A DNA stretch of 64,000 nt from assembly GCA_002269645.1 (NCBI GenBank), contig NIVC01000632.1, forward strand, positions 248,001 to 312,000, read 5' to 3'. A program made the translations under genes and the position numbers. Under the pieces are notes generated by a model that was not told the DNA's origin, did no database searches, and saw only the letters and a program-made list of their open reading frames with translations. Source of the stretch: Macrostomum lignano. Its lineage: Eukaryota. Shown in pieces: positions 22,490 through 34,600 of this stretch (within the stretch, counting starts at the first letter, position 1; the number at the start of each line of letters is the position of its first letter).

Positions 22490-25400
22490 CCACTATACCA
22501 CTAGACAAACTAATGCCAGGGGCGTGGGGGCGGCCAGCCCCCTACTATACCACTAGACTAACTAATGCCAGGTGTGTGGGGGGCGGCCAGCCCCCCACTA
22601 TACCACTAGACTAACTAATGCCAGTGGCGTGGGGGGCGGCCAGCCCCCACTATACCACTAGACTAACTAATGCCAGGGGCGTGGGGGGCGGCCAGCCCCC
22701 CACTATACCACTAGAGAAACTAATGCCAGGGGCGTGGGGGGCGGCCAGCCCCCCACTATACCACTAGACTAATAAATGCCAGGGGCGTGGGGGGCGGCCA
22801 GCCCCCTACTATACCACTAGACTAACTAATGCCAGGGGCGTGGGGGGCGGCCAGCCTCCCACTATACCACTAGACTAACTAATGCCAGGGGCGTGGGGGG
22901 CGGCCAGCCCCCACTATACCACTAGACTAACTAATGCCAGGGGCGTGGGGGTGGCCAGCCCCCACTATACCACTAGACTAACTAATGCCAGGGGCGTGGG
23001 GGGCGGCAAGCCCCCACTATACCACTTAGACTAACTAATGCCAGGGGCGTGGGGGGCGGCCAGCCCCCACTATACCACTAGACTAACTAATGCCAGGGGC
23101 GTGGGGGGCGGCCAGCCCCCACTATACCACTAGACTAACTAATGCCAGGGGCGTGGGGGCGGCCAGCCCCCTACTATACCACTAGACTAACTAATGCCAG
23201 GTGTGTGGGGGGCGGCCAGCCCCCACTATACCACTATACCACTAGACTAACTAATGCCAGGGGCGTGGGGGGCGGCCAGCCCCCACTATACCACTTAGAC
23301 TAACTAATGCCAGGGGCGTGGGGGGCGGCGAGCCCCCCACTATACCACTAGACTAATAAATGCCAGGGGCGTGGGGGGCGGCCAGCCCCCACTATACCAC
23401 TAGACTAACTAATGCCAGGGGCGTGGGGGGTGGCCAGCCCCCCACTATACCACTAGACTAACTAATGCCAGGGGCGTGGGGGCGGCCAGCCCCCACTATA
23501 CCACTTAGACTAACTAATGCCAGGGGCGTGGGGGGCGGCCAGCCCCCACTATACCACTAGACTAACTAATGCCAGGGGCGTGGGGGCGGCCAGCCCCCAC
23601 TATACCACTAGACTAACTAATGCCAGGGGCGTGGGGGGCGGCCAGCCCCCCACTATACCACTTAGACTAACTAATGCCAGGGGCGTGGGGGCGGCCAGCC
23701 CCCCACTATACCACTAGACTAACTAATGCCAGGGGCGTGGGGGGCGGCCAGCCCCCCACTATACCACTAGACTAACTAATGCCAGGGGCGTGGGGGGCGG
23801 CCAGCCCCCACTATACCACTAGACTAACTAATGCCAGGGGCGTGGGGGGCGGCCAGCCCCCACTATACCACTAGACTAACTAATGCCAGGGGCGTGGGGG
23901 GTGGCCAGCCCCCACTATACCACTAGACTAACTAATGCCAGGGGCGTGGGGGGCGGCCAGCCCCCCACTATACCACTAGACTAACTAATGCCAGGGGCGT
24001 GGGGGGCGGCTAGCCCCCCACTATACCACTAGACTAATAAATGCCAGGGGCGTGGGGGGCGGCCAGCCCCCTACTATACCACTAGACTAACTAATGCCAG
24101 GGGCGTGGGGGCGGCCAGCCCCCCACTATACCACTAGACTAACTAATGCCAGGGGCGTGGGGGGCGGCTAGCCCCCACTATACCACTATACCACTAGACT
24201 AACTAATGCCAGGGGCGTGGGGGGCGGCCAGCCCCCACTATACCACTAGACTAACTAATGCCAGGGGCGTAGGGGTGGCCAGCCCCCCACTATACCACTA
24301 GACTAACTAATGCCAGGGGCGTGGGGGGCGGCAAGCCCCCTACTATACCACTTAGACTAACTAATGCCAGGGGCGTGGGGGGCGGCCAGCCCCCCACTAT
24401 ACCACTAGACTAACTAATGCCAGGGGCGTGGGGGCGGCCAGCCCCCCACTATACCACTAGACTAACTAATGCCAGGGGCGTGTGGGGGGGCCAGCCCCCT
24501 ACTATACCACTAGACTAACTAATGCCAGGTGTGTGGGGGGCGGCCAGCCCCCCACTATACCACTATACCACTAGACTAACTAATGCCAGGGGCGTGGGGG
24601 CGGCCAGCCCCCCACTATACCACTTAGACTAACTAATGCCAGGGGCGTGGGGGCGGCGAGCCCCCCACTATACCACTAGACTAATAAATGCCAGGGGCGT
24701 GGGGGGCGGCCAGCCCCCCACTATACCACTAGACTAACTAATGCCAGGGGCGTGGGGGGCGGCCAGCCCCCCACTATACCACTAGACTAACTAATGCCAG
24801 GGGCGTGGGGGGCGGCCAGCCCCCCACTATACCACTTAGACTAACTAATGCCAGGGGCGTGGGGGCGGCCAGCCCCCCACTATACCACTAGACTAACTAA
24901 TGCCAGGGGCGTGGGGGCGGCCAGCCCCCCACTATACCACTAGACTAACTAATGCCAGGGGCGTGGGGGGCGGCCAGCCCCCCACTATACCACTTAGACT
25001 ATCTAATGCCAGGGGCGTGGGGGGCGGCCAGCCCCCCACTATACCACTAGACTAACTAATGCCAGGGGCGTGGGGGGCGGCCAGCCCCCCACTATACCAC
25101 TAGACTAACTAATGCCAGGGGCGTGGGGGGCGGCCAGCCCCCACTATACCACTAGACTAACTAATGCCAGGGGCGTGGGGGGTGGCCAGCCCCCACTATA
25201 CCACTAGACTAACTAATGCCAGGGGCGTGGGGGGGGCCAGCCCCCACTATACCACTAGACTAACTAATGCCAGGGGCGTGGGGGGCGGCCAGCCCCCACT
25301 ATACCACTAGACTAACTAATGCCAGGGGCGTGGGGGCGGCGGCCAGCCCCCCACTATACCACTAGACTAACTAATGCCAGGGGCGTGGGGGGCGGCTAGC

Positions 25401-25972
25401 CCCCCACTATACCACTATACCACTAGACTAACTAATGCCAGGGGCGTGGGGGGCGGCCAGCCCCCACTATACCACTAGACTAACTAATGCCAGGGGCGTG
25501 GGGGCGGCCAGCCCCCCACTATACCACTAGACTAACTAATGCCAGGGGCGTGGGGGGCGGCCAGCCCCCCACTATACCACTAGACTAACTAATGCCAGGG
25601 GCGTGGGGGGCGGCCAGCCACCCACTATACCACTAGACTAACTAATGCCAGGGGCGTGGGGGTGGCCAGCCCCCACTATACCACTTAGACTAACTAATGC
25701 CAGGGGCGTGGGGGCGGCGAGCCCCCACTATACCACTAGACTAATAAATGCCAGGGGCGTGGGGGCGGCCAGCCCCCCTATACCACTAGACTAACAAATG
25801 CCAGGGGCGTGGGGGCGGCCAGCCCCCACTATACCACTAGACTAACTAATGCCAGGGGCGTGGGGGCGGCCAGCCCCCCACTATACCACTAGACTAACTA
25901 ATGCCAGGGGCGTGGGGGGCGGCCAGTCCCCCACTATACCACTAGACTAACTAATGCCAGGAGCGTGGGGGG
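22490..25972 (+). repeat. 52-54-bp satellite (ccactataccactagactaactaatgccaggggcgtggggggcggccagccc), ~3.5 kb
   Basis: About 65 tandem units; length variation is mostly in G/C homopolymers. Confidence 0.98.
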
Positions 25973-26602
25973 CTTTTTAGCTCTCAATTTAGGTTAAATA
26001 AATAGATGTCATAGCCATAAACAATAATGGACACAATATAAACCATCGTCCCACCTTTGAAGACGACAGCGTCTTCATTCACTAGTTATATTAGATTTAT
26101 TTCTATCAATAGATGGGATAAAAAACTAAAATATGATATATGGGGCATACAAATTGGTTGAATAAAAAGTGATAACAAAAAATATTTGTAAAAAAACTGA
26201 GTCTTTGGACATAAATCATCATACTAAGTACTGACTAATAGGCAAAGCATATTACAACTTTTTTTAATGTTTAAGATACAAAAAGTTTTTTGATCTATTA
26301 TTATATAGAATTAATTATTTTATAATATAGTTATAATTATTCTTCTATTTGAAGAAATATTTAAAGAAAAAGAAAAGTAATAGAACTTGACTACTAACTC
26401 TTATAGTTAAAGAATCTTAAATATTTATGTGGCCTAGAATCTCACTTTGTGATATAATTATGATTATAAAAGCTTAAAATATGCTTATTCTACTTGGCAC
26501 ATTAGTGTAGAATTTTATAGAATGGCTTAGAATTTATGCACTTAAATTCAGGTTTCATTCCTTAAGCAATCCAATTTCAACTGCAGCTGAAGTCAGGTCC
26601 CA

Positions 26603-28666
26603 ATGACCGACCAAGCAGATGACCCAGATCATCATGCCAGAGGCGGCAGCGATGATGAACGATTGGAAACTGAGCAGGACCTCATGAACCTGGCGCCGCT
26701 GGTGATTCCGCCTAAGCCTGCAGATTTGCCTATGACTGGAGAAGAGCAGGTGGGTTTGGGAAATTTAAGAGAATATGATTTTGCATATGCCTTGCTATAT
26801 CAGAAGTTCAGCATTCATTCAGTTCAGAAGTTTGTATATCACAGTTCTCGCTATATCAGAAGTCTCAGCTCTGCATCCCAATTTTTGGATCGCAGTTAAC
26901 TCCCCAAACTCCAAGAATCTCAATCCCCAAAATATTCTCAAAATCACAATAGCTCTCCCACTCCAAGAATCCCAATCCCCAAAATCCCAGTAGCTCTCCC
27001 ACTCCAAGAATCCCAATCCCCAAAATCCCAGTAGCTCTCCCACTCCAAGAATCCCAATCCCCAAAATCTCCTGTAGTTCTCCCACTCCAAGAATCCCAAT
27101 CCCAAAAATATCCCCAAAATCGCCAGTAGCTGTCTCACTCCAAGAATCCCAATCCCCAAAATCCCAGTAGCTCTCCCACTCCAAGAATCCCAATCCCCAA
27201 AATCCCCTGTAGCTGTCCCACTCCAAGAATCCCAATCCCCAAAATCCCAGTAGCTCTCCCACTCCAAGAATCCCAATCCCCAAAATCCCCTGTAGCTCTC
27301 CCACTCCAAGAATCCCAATCCCCAAAATCCCCTGTAGCTCTCCCACTCCAAGAATCCTAATCCCCAAAATCCCAGTAGCTCTCCCACTCCAAGAATCCCA
27401 ATCCCCAAAATCCCAGTAGCTCTCCCACTCCAAGAATCCTAATCCCCAAAATCCCCTGTAGCTCTCCCACTCCAAGAATCCTAATCCCCAAAATCCCAGT
27501 AGCTCTCCCACTCCAAGAATCCCAATCCCCAAAATCCCAGTAGCTCTCCCACTCCAAGAATCCTAATCCCCAAAATCCCCTGTAGCTCTCCCACTCCAAG
27601 AATCCCAATCCCAAAAATCCCCTGTAGCTCTCCCACTCCAAGAATCCCAATCCCCAAAATCCCTGTAGCTGTCCCACTCCAAGAATCCCAATCCCCAAAA
27701 TCCCCTGTAGCTCTCCCACTCCAAGAATCCCAATCCCCAAAATCCCAGTAGCTCTCCCACTCCAAGAATCCTAATCCCCAAAATCCCCTGTAGCTCTCCC
27801 ACTCCAAGAATCCCAATCCCCAAAATCCCTGTAGCTCTCCCACTCCAAGAATCCCAAACCCCAAAATCCCCTGTAGCTCTCCCACTCCAAGAATCCCAAT
27901 TCCAAAAATCCCCAGTAGCTCTCCCACTCCAAGAATCCTGATTCCCAAAATATCCCCAAAATCCTCAGTAGCTGTCACTCCAAGAATCCCAATTCCCAAA
28001 CTCCCAGTAGCTGTCCCACTCCAAGAATCCCAATCCCCAAACTCCCCAGTAGCTCTCGCACTCCAAGAATCCCCTGCAATCCAGAGTTCCGTGATCAATG
28101 CTGCGATGCCGTTTCCCCAACCGCAGGGCCGAGCCCGCCTCATGATCAGCCAGATTGTGAACCGCAATTTCAAATCCTACGCCGGTGAGCGAATACTCGG
28201 CCCGTTCCACCAGAACTTCACCGCCATTGTCGGCCCCAACGGCAGCGGCAAGTCCAACGTCATCGACTCCATGCTGTTCGTGTTCGGCTACCGCGCCTCG
28301 AAGATCCGCTCCAAGAAGCTGTCTTCCTTGATTCACTCCAGCGAGAACTTCGCCGCCATCGACAGCTGCACCGTGGAGATCCACTTCCAGCGCGTGGTGG
28401 ATCGAGAAGACGGCGGCTACGACATTGTCGAAGGCTCGCAGTTCAGCGTGGCCAGGACCGCCTTCAAGGACAACGCCTCCTACTACGCTGTCAATGGGCG
28501 GCGGCACGAGTATAAGAAAGTGGCCGAGCTGCTCATGCGAGTGGGGATCGACCTCACTCACAACCGCTTCCTCATCCTGCAGGTCTGCTGGCTTGGACAT
28601 ACATACAGGCAGACAGACAGGCAGACAGACAGGCAGACAGACAGGCAGACCGACAGACAGGCAGGC

Positions 28667-28699
<33 letters not shown>

Positions 28700-31600
28700 G
28701 GCAGGCGGATAGACAGACAGACAGACAGACAGGCAGACAGACAGACAGGCAGACAGACAGACAGACAGACAGGCAGGCAACACAGACAGACAGGCCCTGG
28801 ATAGATGCAGACATTTTTGCGCATAGATGAATGAATATATCCTAATAGAGATTCGGTTTAACAAACAGATATTCTCACAGGATTTTCAATAACTAGTTGC
28901 AGTGCTAAAGTTTTTAAGCCATAAACCCCTAAGCCATAAGCCATAAACCCCTATAAGCCATATTCGTAAGTTTAATCACTAATGTAACAATCCAGGGCGA
29001 AGTGGAGCAGATCTCACTGATGAAGCCCATCGCCCCGAACGAGCACGAAGAAGGCCTGCTGGAGTATCTCGAGGACATCATCGGCAGTTCGCGTTTTAAA
29101 AATCCACTCACTAGAATTGTCAGACGCATCGATGCGCTTAATGACCTCAGACTGGAGAAGGTCAACCAGGTAATGACACTCTGTTTATAAGCTACTCACA
29201 ACCTACACCTGTTAATTAGGTACTCACAACCTACTCCCTGTTAATTAGCTACTCACAACCTACTCCCTGTTAATTAGCTACTCACAACCTACTCCCTGTT
29301 AATTAGCTACTCACAACCTACTCCCTGTTAATTAGCTACTCACAACCTACTCCCTGTTAATTAGCTACTCACAACCTACTCCCTGTTAATTAGGTACTCA
29401 CAACCTACTCCATGCTAATTAGGTACTCACAACCTACTCCCTGTTAATTAGGTACTCACAACATACTCCATGCTAATTAGGTACTCACAACCTACTCCAT
29501 GCTAATTAGGTACTCACAACCTACTCCCTGTTAATTAGCTATCACAACCTACTCCCTGTTAATTAGCTACTCACAACCTACTCCCTGTTAATTAGCTACT
29601 CACAACCTACTCCCTGTTAATTAGCTACTCAACCTACTCCCTGTTAATTAGCTACTCATAACCTACACCTGATAATTAGCTACTCATAACCTACTCCCTG
29701 TTAATTAGGTACTCACAACCTACTCCCTGTTAATTAGGTACTCACAACCTACTCCCTGTTAATTAGCTACTCATAACCTACTCCCTGTTAATTAGGTACT
29801 CACAACCTACTCCCTGTTAATTAGCTACTCATAACCTACTCCCTGTTAATTAGGTACTCACAACCTACTCCCTGTTAATTAGCTACTCATAACCTACACC
29901 TGATAATTAGCTACTCATAACCTACTCCCTGTTAATTAGGTACTCACAACCTACTCCCTGTTAATTAGGTACTCACAACCTACTCCCTGTTAATTAGCTA
30001 CTCATAACCTACTCCCTGTTAATTAGGTACTCACAACCTACTCCCTGTTAATTAGCTACTCATAACCTACTCCCTGTTAATTAGGTACTCACAACCTACT
30101 CCCTGTTAATTAGCTACTCATAACCTACTCCCTGTTAATTAGCTACTCATAACCTACTCCCTGTTAATTAGGTACTCACAACCTACTCCCTGTTAATTAA
30201 GTACTCACAACCTACTCCCTGTTAATTAGCTACTCACAACCTACTCCCTGTTAATTAGCTACTCATAACCTACTCCCTGTTAATTAGCTACTCATAACCT
30301 ACTCCCTGTTAATTAGCTACTCATAACCTACTCCCTGTTAATTAGCTACTCATAACCTACTCCCTGTTAATTAGCTACTCAACCTACTCCCTGTTAATTA
30401 GCTACTCATAACCTACACCTGATAATTAGCTACTCATAACCTACTCCCTGTTAATTAGCTACTCATAACCTACTCCCTGTTAATTAGGTACTCACAACCT
30501 ACTCCCTGTTAATTAGGTACTCACAACCTACTCCCTGTTAATTAGGTACTCACAACCTACTCCCTGTTAATTAGGTACTCACAACCTACTCCCTGTTAAT
30601 TAGGTACTCACAACCTACTCCCTGTTAATTAGGTACTCATAACTTACACCTGTTAATTAGCTACTCACAACCTACTCCCTGTTAATTAGGTACTCATAAC
30701 CTACTCCCTGTTAATTACGCTCGTAGCTACTCACAACCTACTCCCTGTTAATTAGGTACTCACAGAGCAAAACGCATTCACCATTCACAGGTGAAGGCCG
30801 TAGAGAAGCAGAAAGCGGATCTGCAAGGCGAGCGTGACAAAGCCCTGCAATACCTGCGCCTATGCAATCAGATTGTGAGCAAGAAGAACATCCTGTTTCA
30901 AATCTATCGCCGCGAATGCGCCGCCACCATCGACAGCATGCGAGGTGAGCAGGAGCAGCGCCAGAGTGAGCTGGACGCGGCCCTGGCCAAACTGCAGGAA
31001 GCCAAGCAGCAATCTAAACGCAAAGTTGAAGAGAACAAAGAAATTGTGAAGGCCTACCAGGAGCAGCAGACGATCTATACGGTTACTAAGGAGAAATTCA
31101 CCGCCCTGGAGGTGGAAGACGCCAGTCTGCGCGAAGAGTACAAGCGGATGAAAGCGCAGGGTAAGAAGACTGTGCGCCTGGCTGAGGAGGAGACCAGCAA
31201 GATCGAGGAGCTGAAGCGGGCTCCCGAGGATGCGGAGAAGCGACTGGCTGAGCTGGCTGAGAAACTGGTCGAGTTGGAGAAGCAGCGAGTGGAAGAGGAG
31301 GCCAATAGGTGAGCTGAATCAGCATGAGAATCATCTCTAAACCAGCATGAGAATCTATATAACTAAATCTGAGAATCATCTCTAAATCAGTATGAGAATC
31401 ATCCCTAAACCAGCATGAGAATCATCTCTAAACCAGCATGAGAATCATCTCTAAAACAGCATGAAAATCGTCTCTAAACCAGCATGAAAATCATCTCTAA
31501 ACCAGCATTTCCCATATACTAAAAATGAAAATCTTGCTTGCTTGTAATCGATTAGAGAAAAAATGGCTTAACCGATTTTCATGAGACTTTTTAGAATCTA

Positions 31601-34600
31601 AATCTGAGAAAAATCTCTAAACCAGCATGAGAATCATCCCTAAACCAGCATGACAATCATCCCTAAACCAGCATGAGAATCATCTCTAAACCAGCATGAG
31701 AATCATCCCTAAACCAGCATGAGAATCATCCCTAAACCAGCGTGAGAATCATCCCTAAACCAGCATGAGAATCATCTCTAAAACAGCATGAAAATCGTCT
31801 CTAAACCAGCATGAAAATCATCTCTAAACCAGCATGAGAATCATCTCTAAACCAGCATGAGAATCATCCCTAAACCAGCATGAGAATCATCCCTAAATCA
31901 GTATGAGAATCATCCCTAAATCAGCGTGAGAATCATCCCTAAATCAGCGTGAGAATCATCCCTAAATCAGTATGAGAATCATTCCTAAATCAGTATGAGA
32001 ATCATCCCTAAATCAGTATGAGAATCATCCCTAAATCAGCATGAGAATCATCCCTAAATCAGCGTGACAATCATCCATAAATCAGTATGAGAATCATCCC
32101 TAAATCAGCATGAGAATCATCCCTAAATCAGCATGAGAATCATCCCTAAATCAGCATGAGAATCATCCCTAAATCAGCATGAGAATCATCCCTAAATCAG
32201 CATGAGAATCATCCCTAAATCAGCATGAGAATCATCCCTAAATCAGCATGAGAATCATCCCTAAATCAGAATGAGAATCATCCCTAAATCAGCATGAGAA
32301 TCATCCCTAAATCACATTTAGAAACTCCCTATAAATCACATTGAGAGTCATGTCTAAAACACTGGGGGTTGTAGCCTAGTGGTTAGAGCGTCGGACTCAC
32401 GACAGAAAGGTCGAGGGTTCGATTCTCGAACTTACTCGGAACAATTTGTGTCCTTGAGCAAGACACTTAACTCTGCATTGCTTCAGCTCACCCAGCTGTA
32501 AAATGGGTGCCAGCATTAGCTGGGGTAACTGAGGCTGTGTGTGGCGACCCTCCAGTCCTTGGACTGAACAGCCGTACGCAGCCTTCAGATGCGCCGCGCA
32601 ATAGCAGCGGCTGAGCTGTCGGTTGCACATCTGGCCATTTGGGCAGGTGTAATCAATTATTGTTATTATTACTAAATCACTGAGATATTCGTTTTTTGTA
32701 TCACACTGGAGCGAAGTGTTATTTCTGCCCCTCCTACTTGAAGTAGTACCTGCATCTTTTCACCTTCGAGTCCGCACTGCCTGCAAACCCTCGCAGGCAA
32801 ACGGCCCTCAACGCCATCGAGGCGGAGACCAAAGATCTCCGGGCCGAGAAGGCCGTCGCCGAGCACCAGCTGGCCGACCTGCAGAAAGACGCCAACGCCA
32901 AGCGGTCAGCCAGAGACATGGCCCGCACGGAGCTGGACATCCTCCTGAGCGGCCAGACCCGAGCTCTGCAGCGCCTGGATGCCGCGAAGCAGGATGCCGA
33001 CGGGGTGGAACGGGCCCTGGCCGAGAAGACCGCCATCAGAGATCGGGCCGCCAAGGAGACTCCCGAGATGCAGAAGAGTCTGGAACGTGCTCGGCGAGAT
33101 GAGGCTGCCCTGCAGCAGCGGGAGGCTGGCTTAGCTGAAGAGGCGCGCGGGCTTCGAGTGCGAGTTGATGAAGCTAGACGGCAGCTGGAGCAGCGCAGCC
33201 AGAGCCGGGTGTTGCAGGCTCTGCTGGAGCAGAAGAAGCGCGGCAGATTCACCGGAGTGCGCGGCAGGCTGGGCGACCTGGGCGCCATCGATGAGCGGTG
33301 AGGAGTTTCATCAGTGAATAAGTCACAACCCTCCCAGATCCCCATGCTGAGCCACAACCCTCCCAGATCCCCATGCTGAGCCACAACCCTCCCAGATCCC
33401 CATGCTGAGCCACAACCCTCCCAGATACCCATGCTGAGCCACAACCCTCCCAGATACCCATGCTGAGCCACAACCCTCCCAGATCCCCATGATCGCTCAT
33501 CCTCAATCCCACCGCAATCCATCCCGCCCGCAGCTACGACGTGGCCATGAGCACGGCATGTGGTCCCCTAGACGACATCGTGGTGGACACGATCGCCACA
33601 GGCGAGGCCTGCGTCAGGTTTCTCAAGGAGCAGCGCATCGGCACGGCCACGTTCATCGCCCTGGACAAGATGGAGCAGTGGGCCGCCGAGTCTTCCAAAC
33701 GCTGCAACGCGCCAATTCCCCGCCTATTCGACCTGCTGCAGGTGCCCGATCCCAAGGTTCGAAATGCGTTCTATTATGCCATCCGCGACACCCTGGTTGC
33801 CAAGGATCTGGACGAGGCCACCCGGGTGGCCTACGGTACGCCCAGATACCGGGTCGTGTCCGAGCAGGGCGGGCTTATCGAACTGTCCGGAACAATGAGC
33901 GGCGGTGGCCGGCCGACAAGGTGTGTAATAAAAGTACAACTCTAATTAGCTGACGAGTCAATTTTAGTAATAGTTACTCTCGCCGTTTACCAACAAAATC
34001 TGCAGAGGCCGCATCGGCACCCGCGTCAACTTGGACGCCTCCACAGTCGGTGGCTCCGCCATGGCCGCCGCGGCCGGCTCAGGCGGCGAGGAGTCCGCCC
34101 AGGAGGCCGAGAAGCGCCTGGCGGACCTGACCGCCCAGCTCAACGGCCTGCGAGACGAGCGGGCCCGCCTAGGCGAAACCATCGCCGGCTTGGAGCGGGA
34201 TCTGCGACAGCTGGCGCGCAATTCCGACGCTGTCGAGCGCGAAGTCGCCCGTCTAGGCGAACGGCGTCGAGCGGCGCGCGAAGTCCTGGCCGACGCTGAA
34301 CGGCGCGCGGCCGAAGCGGAGCCGGACGCCAAGGCGCTGGACAAACTGCGGCAGCGGCTGGAGACCGCCGAGGCCGAGCAGAAAACCAGCAGCGATGCGG
34401 CTGGCAAAGCCGAGACCGAGGTGGCCCAGCTGGACAGCCGCATCATGGAGGTCGGCGGCGCCAGGCTGCAGGTGAGAATCAGCGGCTCCCAGATCCTCAG
34501 TTGCTGGGCCAGCCTCCCAGATCCTCAGTTGCTGAGCCAGCCTCCCAGATCCTCAGTTGCTGGGCCAGCCTCCCAGATCCCCAGTTGCTAGGCCAGCCTC

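Noticed and set aside
22490-25972. Regular ~53-bp array as a possible CRISPR
   Set aside because: Units are contiguous with no unique spacers, no cas genes, eukaryotic context.
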